DNA of 62,000 bases, taken from Hyalangium minutum. GTDB taxonomy: Bacteria > Myxococcota > Myxococcia > Myxococcales > Myxococcaceae. Within the stretch, counting starts at the first letter, position 1. Every line of letters starts with the position of its first letter. Positions 54,729-62,000 of this stretch are shown piece after piece. The DNA lies in assembly GCF_000737315.1 (NCBI RefSeq), contig NZ_JMCB01000006.1, positions 206,001 through 268,000 on the forward strand. The letters are read 5' to 3'. The notes under the pieces were generated by a model. The model did no database searches, was not told where the DNA came from, and was given only the letters and a program-made list of their open reading frames with translations. The translations under genes were made by a program, and so were the position numbers.

Positions 54729-57700
54729 ATGAGCCCCCCGTTCGAGGACGACCTGGGTCCATCAGGCGAGTTGGAGTGGGCTCGGCTGAAGCGGCAGGTG
54801 GAACTGGCCGAGGGATTCTGGCTCGGTTTCATCTTCGCCCCGAGCGCAAGGGCCACGGCGGCACTACGTCAGAGAACGGAGCGGTTACTTCGGGGACGAA
54901 CGCGCTCGCTCAGCTACTTTGCCCCGGCAGGCTCAGACGAGTTGCCGACAGTGCTGGCTTCACTACTCTCCAAGCCCGAGCATGCATCGGCTGGCGCGTG
55001 CTGGATCGAGGCATTGCAGGAGGATCCAGGGGATGGGTCCGCTCAGCCATGGCACGACTCCTGGCTGGAGTTGGTATCACGCATGAACGAGCGCCGGGAT
55101 GCCATTCGGCGGCACCTCGGCGGCGGACTCATCCTGGTGTCGTCTCCACGGATGAAGCCGCTGTTTCGCGAAGCTGCCTCTGATCTATGGGCGATCAGGG
55201 CGCTGGTCATCGAGTTCCAGCCCGGAGAGCAGCTCGCTCATGAATCACATGAGCCCAGGCACTCACTTTGGGAGTCTCAAACGCCGCCCGAGTGGACACT
55301 GGCGACGAAGGACCTCGCTTACATCCTGGCAGAGACGGGGAGGCTTTTAGCCAAGCCACATGCACGTGAGACGCCCCAGGCGATCGATGTCCTAGTACGG
55401 AGAGCTGCTGCTTTGACCGCCGCAGGCGAGACGGGAGAGGCCCTACAAGACGCGCGGCAAGCCATGAACCTCTTGCGACGCCATCAAGGCCGTGTTTCCA
55501 CACAACAACAGGTGGCTGTGCTGGAAACGCTCGCGCGAGCCGAAAAGGCCCATGGAGACCTGGATGCCGCTGCAGATCATTTCAGCAGAGCTGCGAAGTT
55601 CCTGAAGCCAGCGAGCAACAGGCATCGACTTCTGTTGCTTGACGAAGTCGCGAGCATCTCGCGTGAGCGAGGAGATCTCAGCCTCGCGAGTGACACATAC
55701 ACCGAGGCCCTCGCCCTCAGCCGCCAGCTGCGCTCCTCCCTCGGCGATTCCCCCACTGCCTTGCGCGACCTCTCCGTCTCTCTCGAAAGGATGGGAGACG
55801 TGCGCCTCGACCTCGGCGACCTGAACGCTGCGGCTGCTGCCTACGAAGAATCCCTCGCCCTCAGACGCCAGCTGCGCTCCTCCCTCGGCGATTCCCCCAC
55901 TGCTTTGCGCGACCTCTCTGTCTCTCTCAATAAAGTGGGCGATGTGCGCCGCGACCTTAGCGACCTGAACGCTTCGGCCGCCGCCTACGAAGAATCCCTC
56001 GCCCTCAGACGCCAGTTGCGCTCCTCCCTCGGCGATTCCCCCACTGCCCTGCGCGACCTCTCCGTTTCTCTCACCAAGATGGGAGACGTGCGCCGCGACC
56101 TCGGCGACCTGAATGCTGCGGCCGCCGCTTACGAAGAATCCCTCGCCCTCTGCCGTCAACTGCGCTCCTCCCTCGGCGATTCCCCCGCTGCCCTGCGCGA
56201 CCTCTCCGTCTCTCTTACCAAGATGGGAGACGCTCGCCGCGACCTCGGCGACCTGAATGTTGCGGCCGCCGCCTACGAAGAATCCCTCGCCCTCAGTCGC
56301 CACCTGCGCTCCTCCCTCAGCGATTCCCCCACTGCTCTGCGCGATCTCTCCATCTCTCTCAATGGAGTGGGAGACGTGCGCCGCGACCTCGGCGACCTGA
56401 ACGCTGCGGCCGCCGCTTACGAAGAATCCCTCGCCCTCTGCCGCCAGCTGCGCTCCTCCCTCGGCGATTCCCCCACTGCCTTGCGCGACCTCTCCGTCTC
56501 TCTCACCAGGGTGGGAGACGTGCGCCGCGACCTCGGCGACCTGAATGCTGCGACCGCGGCCTACGAGGAATTCCTCGCCCTCTGCCGCCAGCTGCGCTCC
56601 TCCCTCGGCGATTCCCCCGCTGCCCTGCGCGACCTCTCCGTCTCTCTCGAAAAGGTGGGCGACGCGCGCCTCGACCTCGGCGACCTGAACGCTGCGGCTG
56701 CTGCCTACGAAGAATCCCTCGCCCTCAGACGCCAGCTGCGCTCCTCCCTCGGCGATTCCCCCACTGCTTTGCGCGACCTCTCTGTCTCTCTCAATAAAGT
56801 GGGCGATGTGCGCCGCGACCTTAGCGACCTGAACGCTTCGGCCGCCGCTTACGAAGAATCCCTCGCCCTCTGCCGCCAGCTGCGCTCCTCCCTCGGCGAT
56901 TCCCCCGCTGCCCTGCGCGACCTCTCCGTTTCTCTCACCAAGATGGGAGACGTGCGCCGCGACCTCGGCGACCTGAATGCTGCGGCCGCCGCTTACGAAG
57001 AATCCCTCGCCCTCTGCCGCCAACTGCGCTCCTCCCTCGGCGATTCCCCCACTGCCTTACGCAACCTCTCCGTCTCTCTCACCAAGATGGGAGACGTGCG
57101 CCGCGACCTCGGCGACCTGAACGCTGCGGCTGCTGCCTACGAAGAATCCCTCGCCCTCTGCCGCCAGTTGCGTTCCTCCCTTGGCGATTCCCCCACTGCC
57201 TTGCGCGACCTCTCTGTCTCTCTCAATAAAGTGGGCGATGTGCGCCGCGACCTTAGCGACTTGAACGCTGCGGCCGCCGCCCACGAAGAATCCCTCGCCC
57301 TCAGACGCCAGTTGCGCTCCTCCCTCGGCGATTCCCCCACTGCCTTGCGCGACCTCTCCGTTTCTCTCACCAAGATGGGAGACGTGCGCCGCGACCTCGG
57401 CGACCTGAATGCTGCGGCCGCCGCTTACGAAGAAGCCCTCGCCCTCTGCCGTCAACTGCGCTCCTCCCTCGGCGATTCCCTCGCTGTCCTGCGCGACCTC
57501 TCCGTCTCTCTTACCAAGATGGGAGACGCTCGCCGCGACCTCGGCGACCTGAATGTTGCGGCCGCCGCCTACGAAGAATCCCTCGCCCTCAGTCGCCACC
57601 TGCGCTCCTCCCTCAGCGATTCCCTCACCGCTCTGCGCGATCTCTCCATCTCTTTCAATAGAGTGGGAGACGTGCGCCGCGACCTTAGCGACCTGAACGC

Positions 57701-58043
57701 TGCGGCCGCCGCTTACGAGGAATCCCTCGCCCTCTGCCGTCAGCTGCGCTCTTCCTGCGGCAATTCTCCCACCGCTCTGCGCGACCTCTCTGTCTCTCTT
57801 AACAAGGTGGGCGACGTGCGCCTTGACCTCGGCGACCTGAGCGCTGCGACTGCGGCCTTCGAGGAATCCCTCGCCCTCTGCCGTCAGCTGCGGTCCATCA
57901 TGGGCGACACTCCGGATATGCGCCACCTGCTTATCTACGTCCTCACCCAGCTAAGTGACACGCGGCAATCGATGGGAGAGGGGGAGGCCAGTCAGGCTGC
58001 TCTCCGCGAGGCCTCCTCGCTCAGGGCGTCTTCCGAGCAGTAA
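54729..58043 (+). CDS. TPR-repeat protein with N-terminal degenerate P-loop-like domain
   Basis: 17 nt after the ATPase stop, with GGAGG; N-terminal alpha/beta domain without Walker A; 15 x 48-aa TPR-like units. Confidence 0.85.
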   Translation: MSPPFEDDLGPSGELEWARLKRQVELAEGFWLGFIFAPSARATAALRQRTERLLRGRTRSLSYFAPAGSDELPTVLASLLSKPEHASAGACWIEALQEDPGDGSAQPWHDSWLELVSRMNERRDAIRRHLGGGLILVSSPRMKPLFREAASDLWAIRALVIEFQPGEQLAHESHEPRHSLWESQTPPEWTLATKDLAYILAETGRLLAKPHARETPQAIDVLVRRAAALTAAGETGEALQDARQAMNLLRRHQGRVSTQQQVAVLETLARAEKAHGDLDAAADHFSRAAKFLKPASNRHRLLLLDEVASISRERGDLSLASDTYTEALALSRQLRSSLGDSPTALRDLSVSLERMGDVRLDLGDLNAAAAAYEESLALRRQLRSSLGDSPTALRDLSVSLNKVGDVRRDLSDLNASAAAYEESLALRRQLRSSLGDSPTALRDLSVSLTKMGDVRRDLGDLNAAAAAYEESLALCRQLRSSLGDSPAALRDLSVSLTKMGDARRDLGDLNVAAAAYEESLALSRHLRSSLSDSPTALRDLSISLNGVGDVRRDLGDLNAAAAAYEESLALCRQLRSSLGDSPTALRDLSVSLTRVGDVRRDLGDLNAATAAYEEFLALCRQLRSSLGDSPAALRDLSVSLEKVGDARLDLGDLNAAAAAYEESLALRRQLRSSLGDSPTALRDLSVSLNKVGDVRRDLSDLNASAAAYEESLALCRQLRSSLGDSPAALRDLSVSLTKMGDVRRDLGDLNAAAAAYEESLALCRQLRSSLGDSPTALRNLSVSLTKMGDVRRDLGDLNAAAAAYEESLALCRQLRSSLGDSPTALRDLSVSLNKVGDVRRDLSDLNAAAAAHEESLALRRQLRSSLGDSPTALRDLSVSLTKMGDVRRDLGDLNAAAAAYEEALALCRQLRSSLGDSLAVLRDLSVSLTKMGDARRDLGDLNVAAAAYEESLALSRHLRSSLSDSLTALRDLSISFNRVGDVRRDLSDLNAAAAAYEESLALCRQLRSSCGNSPTALRDLSVSLNKVGDVRLDLGDLSAATAAFEESLALCRQLRSIMGDTPDMRHLLIYVLTQLSDTRQSMGEGEASQAALREASSLRASSEQ
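55758..57917 (+). repeat. 15 tandem 144-bp repeats (48 aa each)
   Basis: Unit ALRDLSVSLxxxGDVRRDLGDLNAAAAAYEESLALCRQLRSSLGDSPT; 55758 + 15 x 144 lands exactly on the post-array Met at 57918. Confidence 0.95.
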
Positions 58044-58122
58044 TTCTCGCTCGCCCTGCCACTCGCTTGAGCAAAAATGTGGGGTAAATCGCTAGGGTCT
58101 CCTCAAATCGCCTTAACCCGCC

Positions 58123-59862
58123 CTACTCTTGGCGGCGGCGGCGCGCAGCGCCCAGGACCAGCACCAGCGTCAAGGCGCCTACTCCTGCCCCGGGCGAAGC
58201 TCCGCACCCGCAGCCCACCTCGAACACCGAAGGTGACGTCACTCCGCCGGTTGAGGACGCTGTCACATCGAAGCGGTTGGGCGTGGACTGTAGGCTGTAG
58301 GACCCCAGTTCCTCCGCCGAGGCCCACAGTTCATGTGCACCTTCGGCGAGATCCGCGGGCACGTCGTACACAAAGGCCCCCGTGCTGTCCGCTGTCACCT
58401 GCGCATACTCCGTCCCCTCCAGGAACAGATGAACGGAGACTCCCGGTTGCGCAGTGCCTTCGATGCGAGGCTTCCGCGCCACGCCCGTGGCACCATTCGC
58501 GGGCTGGGTCAGCACGGGCGCCGAGGGCACTCGGAAAGGCTGTGAGTACGTGGTCTCGGAACCGTAGGCGGCACCGGAATCGATCGTGCTCGGGCCCGCC
58601 CCAAAGGGGCCACCGGCCGCCGTCGACTGGCCGGGATAGCCCGCGACCACCGAGACCTTGCACGCGATGAACTCGCCCTGCAGCAGGACGACGCCACCGC
58701 CACCGCCTCCGCCAGGCCCCGATTCATTCGTCACGTTGCGGGTGTCTCCGCCCGCTCCGCCCGAGGCCTGCACGAGACCACACGTCAGCGTCCGCTCGGC
58801 GCGCAGGGAGATGGCACCGCCCGCACCTCCACCTCCCGCACCGTCATCGCCCGCGGAGGCTACATAGTCCGCGGAGGCGCCCATGGCGCTGAACCGGCCT
58901 GTCCCCACCACATCTCTCGCACGGATGAGAACCACCCCACCGCCCGCCGCCCCTGGAGTGCCTACATCCACATGGCCGCTTCCGCCCCCGCCTCCGCCTC
59001 CAAAGACGAGGCGCTCGTAGGGCAGATAGACCAGGGGAGCACCTCCCAGCCCTCCCACGTCATCCGGCTGCGGCAGCCGTCCGAGAGAGTACCCTCCCTG
59101 GCCTCCCGCCCCCGAGTGGCCTCCGCCTCCTCCGCCCGAGCTGTGGCAGTTGCCCGCCCCGCCCGCGTTGGCCAGGTTCCCCCGTCCCCCCGCGATACCG
59201 AAGCGCCCAGCCACCAGCCCCTCTCCTTTATAGGAGCTGCCCACCCCCGGAGCCTCATCGAGCGCCGTGCAACCTTCGCCTGCCAGGTGGTTGATGAACG
59301 CGCCGCCACGGAAGCCCGCGCCATCGGCGCCGATGAGCCCTCCATTGGTCAGCGTGCCCGTGGCCATCAGCGCCAGGATGCCACCCGCGCTCCCATTCCA
59401 GGGCACTGCCTTCAGCGAGCCGTCCTCGACCACCAAAACATCCGTGTACTCGGGCACGTTCACCACTTGGGCCGCGCTGGCCGCATAGCTCCTCTGCAGC
59501 GGCGCGGTCAGCCGCAGCGAGGCCTCTGTCGCCGCCTCCACCCGTGCGTATTCGAACCGTCCCACCGGACTGGCTTCGAGCGGGATGGCCGCTGCATCTC
59601 CCGAGGCCGGTGCGGGCAGCAGGCCCGTGGACTGATGCACGAGCACCAGCTCGCCCGCCTTGAAGGCTCCCGCGTTGGAGATCGTCAGCTCCTTCGTTCC
59701 AGCCGCCGCGTTCGCGGTGAGCGCTCCCACGTGGTTGATGACCCTGTTCGGGCTCAACACCTGCAACACGCCATCCCGGCCGGTACCGAGCCCGAAGGTG
59801 TCCGGCTCGGCCAGCGCACCACCCGCAAGGAGCCATCCAGCCAAGAAAAGGGGGATTCGCAT
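58123..59862 (-). CDS. AgmC-like Gly-rich surface protein with Ig-like domain and MYXO-CTERM
   Basis: Signal peptide then AEPDTFGLGTGRDG; VPEYTDV, GAGFRGG; Big-like PRIEGTAQPG; C-terminal VGCGC + TM + RRRR. Confidence 0.8.
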   Translation of the reverse strand: MRIPLFLAGWLLAGGALAEPDTFGLGTGRDGVLQVLSPNRVINHVGALTANAAAGTKELTISNAGAFKAGELVLVHQSTGLLPAPASGDAAAIPLEASPVGRFEYARVEAATEASLRLTAPLQRSYAASAAQVVNVPEYTDVLVVEDGSLKAVPWNGSAGGILALMATGTLTNGGLIGADGAGFRGGAFINHLAGEGCTALDEAPGVGSSYKGEGLVAGRFGIAGGRGNLANAGGAGNCHSSGGGGGGHSGAGGQGGYSLGRLPQPDDVGGLGGAPLVYLPYERLVFGGGGGGGSGHVDVGTPGAAGGGVVLIRARDVVGTGRFSAMGASADYVASAGDDGAGGGGAGGAISLRAERTLTCGLVQASGGAGGDTRNVTNESGPGGGGGGGVVLLQGEFIACKVSVVAGYPGQSTAAGGPFGAGPSTIDSGAAYGSETTYSQPFRVPSAPVLTQPANGATGVARKPRIEGTAQPGVSVHLFLEGTEYAQVTADSTGAFVYDVPADLAEGAHELWASAEELGSYSLQSTPNRFDVTASSTGGVTSPSVFEVGCGCGASPGAGVGALTLVLVLGAARRRRQE

Positions 59863-59906
59863 GAGGCGATGGTGCCTCAGCGCACCGAGACCGGTCGAGT
59901 CTCTGC

Positions 59907-60443
59907 TCAGCCGACGCGCCGCACGATGAACTCGCAGTAGGGGGCCCCGTCGTGCATACACTGCTTCTCCTTCACGTCCGCGCGTTGCCCCAGCGCAAGA
60001 GCCAGCCCTCGCACGAGGCCGATGCCCATCCCGCACATCTTCCGGGGCGAGGCGTACACGACACGCACTGTGGAGGCATCCACGCGGTGGCAATCCAATC
60101 GGGACGGCTGGGCGTGCGGATCCTTGCGTACCTTCTCGTGGATGCGCTCGACGTTCTCGACCACTTCGAGGATGCCCCACCCGGGCTGGATGACTCCCCG
60201 GTAGATCTTCATGAGCCCGGGGACGATGAACTCACCGAAGTCCTCGAGTAGGAACCTCACGGAGCGCCCCATCACCCGCGAGGCCGCGTGGACGAGCGCT
60301 CCCACCTCTTCATCCGGGTAGCTCTGGAAGGCCAAGTAGATCCGCGAGGGGAGCTTCGCCTCTTTGACGAGCGTCTCCCAGCCCTGCTCGCCCATGCGCT
60401 CCTGCGCATAGGTGCGGAGCTGGTTGAAGATGATGCCGTGCAT
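59907..60443 (-). CDS. H-NOX (heme NO-binding) domain protein
   Basis: MHGIIF start, YPDEE, FGEF, proximal His (RIHEK), YASPR = YxSxR, C-terminal QCMHDGAPYC. Confidence 0.85.
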   Translation of the reverse strand: MHGIIFNQLRTYAQERMGEQGWETLVKEAKLPSRIYLAFQSYPDEEVGALVHAASRVMGRSVRFLLEDFGEFIVPGLMKIYRGVIQPGWGILEVVENVERIHEKVRKDPHAQPSRLDCHRVDASTVRVVYASPRKMCGMGIGLVRGLALALGQRADVKEKQCMHDGAPYCEFIVRRVG

Positions 60444-60531
60444 ATGCCTGCCTTGTTCGACCCCGCAGGGTTCGAGGCGCGCCCTACCCGCTCACGCCTG
60501 CCCCATCTTCCCACGGGGCTCGGAGCAGCCG

Positions 60532-61032
60532 TCAGGCACTCTCTGTGAGGCTCTGGAGGGACCGCGCGTTCATAGGAGCGAAGAAGGGCTGGCGCAGCAG
60601 CCGGGACACCGAGCGCTTGTCCACGCACAGCAACTGGAGCGAGTCCGCCCACTCGCCGAGCACGGCGATGGCGCGCACGTCCGGCGCCTCGCGGTAGAGA
60701 TCATTCAGGTTGTGCACCAGCGCGCTCAGGTCCTCCACCTCCCAGCGCTCGGTGAGTTCGCCCACCAGCACGTGCAGTTCCAGCGTGCCGCGCTCGCGGA
60801 CATCCACGAGCTTGAAGCTCCGGGCCGCGCCGCCCATGGCCAGCGTGAGTGGACCGACGAGCTCATCCGGGCGGACGCCCAACGCCACCGAGAGGCCTCC
60901 GTGAAGCAGGCCCGCGTCACACAGGCGCAGGAGCGCCACGTGCGGAGGCTCGCCTGGGACGATGACCTCGGCGGCGGCCGAGCGGTCCTTCAAGAGGCGC
61001 TCTCGGGCGAGTGTGTCGATCTGGGAGGCCAT
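60532..61032 (-). CDS. Hypothetical protein
   Basis: Co-directional with the H-NOX gene; normal codon usage; no recognised motif. Confidence 0.6.
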   Translation of the reverse strand: MASQIDTLARERLLKDRSAAAEVIVPGEPPHVALLRLCDAGLLHGGLSVALGVRPDELVGPLTLAMGGAARSFKLVDVRERGTLELHVLVGELTERWEVEDLSALVHNLNDLYREAPDVRAIAVLGEWADSLQLLCVDKRSVSRLLRQPFFAPMNARSLQSLTESA

Positions 61033-61210
61033 GGCACGCACCCTACCGCTCTCGCGCTCACAAGGGGGGCGCGACGAGCGTAGGAGCCTCCAGCAGCCGA
61101 CACACCCTGGCGGCGCAGGGCTCCGTGCTGCTCCAGGAATCCACCTCGGGGGTTCATCTCGACAGTTCATCGAGTCGAGTCGAGAATCCCTCCCAAGGAG
61201 CACTGAGGAC

Positions 61211-62000
61211 ATGGTGAAGCGGAGAGATGGCCGTTCTCAATCTCGATTCAGCGATCGACATGAGGATCTGCTGACAGCCGCCGAAGCGGCGGAGCTGCTG
61301 GGGGTGAAGCGGGCAACGCTCTACACCTATGTGAGCCGTGGGCTCGTGCGCTGTGTCCCCGAAGCGGGCACCAAGGAGAACCGCTACGTCCGCATGGACC
61401 TGGAGCGGCTGAAGACCCGGCATGATGCACGGGCGGGCCATGCGGCAGTGGCCTCGGCAGCCCTGCGCTGGGGTGAGCCGGTGATCGACTCCTCCATCTC
61501 CCGCATCAGCCCGGAGGGGCTGGAGTACCGCAAGCACCTGGCGGTGGAGCTGGCGGTGCAGGGATGTTCCTTCGAGCAGGTGGCGGAGCTGCTGTGGACG
61601 GGTGAGCTGCCCTCCGCACCCGTCCGCTGGCCCGCGCTGGAGCTGCCCTTCCCCCCTTCTTCGATCTTGGGGCTGCTGCCACGGGACGCTCCACCCCTCA
61701 CGGCCTTGTCAGCCCTGGTGCCACTGCTGGGAGCTTCGGACGCGGCGCGCTTCGCCTCACCCCCCGAGCAGGAGCGGCTGCGAGCCCGGCGTCTCTTGCG
61801 CCATCTGGGAGCCTGGGTGGGCGGAGTCCGAGGCGCCTCGCGAGTCGCCCAGGCGTTGAAGGAAGACACTGTGGCGGCCTCTCTGGCACGCGCGTGGGGC
61901 GTGGAGGTGAAGAAGGCAGCGGGGCCGCTGGACCGGGCGCTGGTGCTGTGCGCGGACCACGAGCTGAACGTGTCGGCCTTCACGGCGCGCGTGGTGGCCT
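61211..62000 (+). CDS. Citrate synthase-family protein with N-terminal helix-turn-helix (3' end outside window)
   Basis: ATG after GAGGA; LTAAEAAELLGVKRATLYTYVSRGL HTH; WGEPVIDSSISRI…YR; LVLCADHELNVSAFTARVVA; missing from the ORF track because there is no stop in the window. Confidence 0.85.
   Translation, partial: MVKRRDGRSQSRFSDRHEDLLTAAEAAELLGVKRATLYTYVSRGLVRCVPEAGTKENRYVRMDLERLKTRHDARAGHAAVASAALRWGEPVIDSSISRISPEGLEYRKHLAVELAVQGCSFEQVAELLWTGELPSAPVRWPALELPFPPSSILGLLPRDAPPLTALSALVPLLGASDAARFASPPEQERLRARRLLRHLGAWVGGVRGASRVAQALKEDTVAASLARAWGVEVKKAAGPLDRALVLCADHELNVSAFTARVVA

Noticed and set aside
55758-57917. Possible CRISPR array or non-coding satellite
   Set aside because: No unique spacers; unit is a multiple of 3 and in frame in a CDS
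55443-57926. Long antisense ORFs (526 aa and 289 aa) with repetitive sequence
   Set aside because: Shadows of the 144-bp TPR repeat; a stop-free unit propagates through the array
50416-58088. AAATGTGGGG(A/T)AAA at 50416-50429 and 58075-58088 as possible att sites
   Set aside because: A 13/14 match is expected by chance at this scale; no integrase or tRNA; enclosed genes include ordinary core-like genes

Overview
GC-rich myxobacterial chromosomal window (likely Cystobacterineae; supported by a MYXO-CTERM protein, an AgmC-like protein and a PilT paralogue). About 46 genes; no rRNA, tRNA, CRISPR array, transposase or integrase was recognised. Main content: (1) 696-6554, a six-gene cluster (five overlapping genes, then a sixth 70 bp downstream) that reads as a eukaryote-style inositol-phosphoceramide pathway (Ino1, Aur1-like IPC synthase, CDP-alcohol transferase-GtrA fusion, exported Svf1/AttH-like protein, PTP-type phosphatase, FA2H-like hydroxylase), with a DEGS1-like desaturase at 35.4 kb and an MMPL/ENPP/MMPL module at 18-25 kb; (2) 53386-58043, an accessory P-loop ATPase paired with a TPR protein carrying exactly 15 x 144-bp near-identical repeats that vary at a few positions, a candidate undescribed conflict or sensing system; (3) a toxin-like lipoprotein gene broken by a 4-bp duplication, followed by an intact immunity-like gene; (4) a signal-less thioester (alpha-2-macroglobulin-like) protein; (5) two barrel-less POTRA lipoproteins; (6) a candidate ~145-nt sRNA between convergent genes; (7) a PilT with a duplicated N-domain and a very long Pro/Ala linker; (8) an orphan H-NOX gene upstream of a MYXO-CTERM surface protein. 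All family calls come from motif recognition by eye; no database searches were run.
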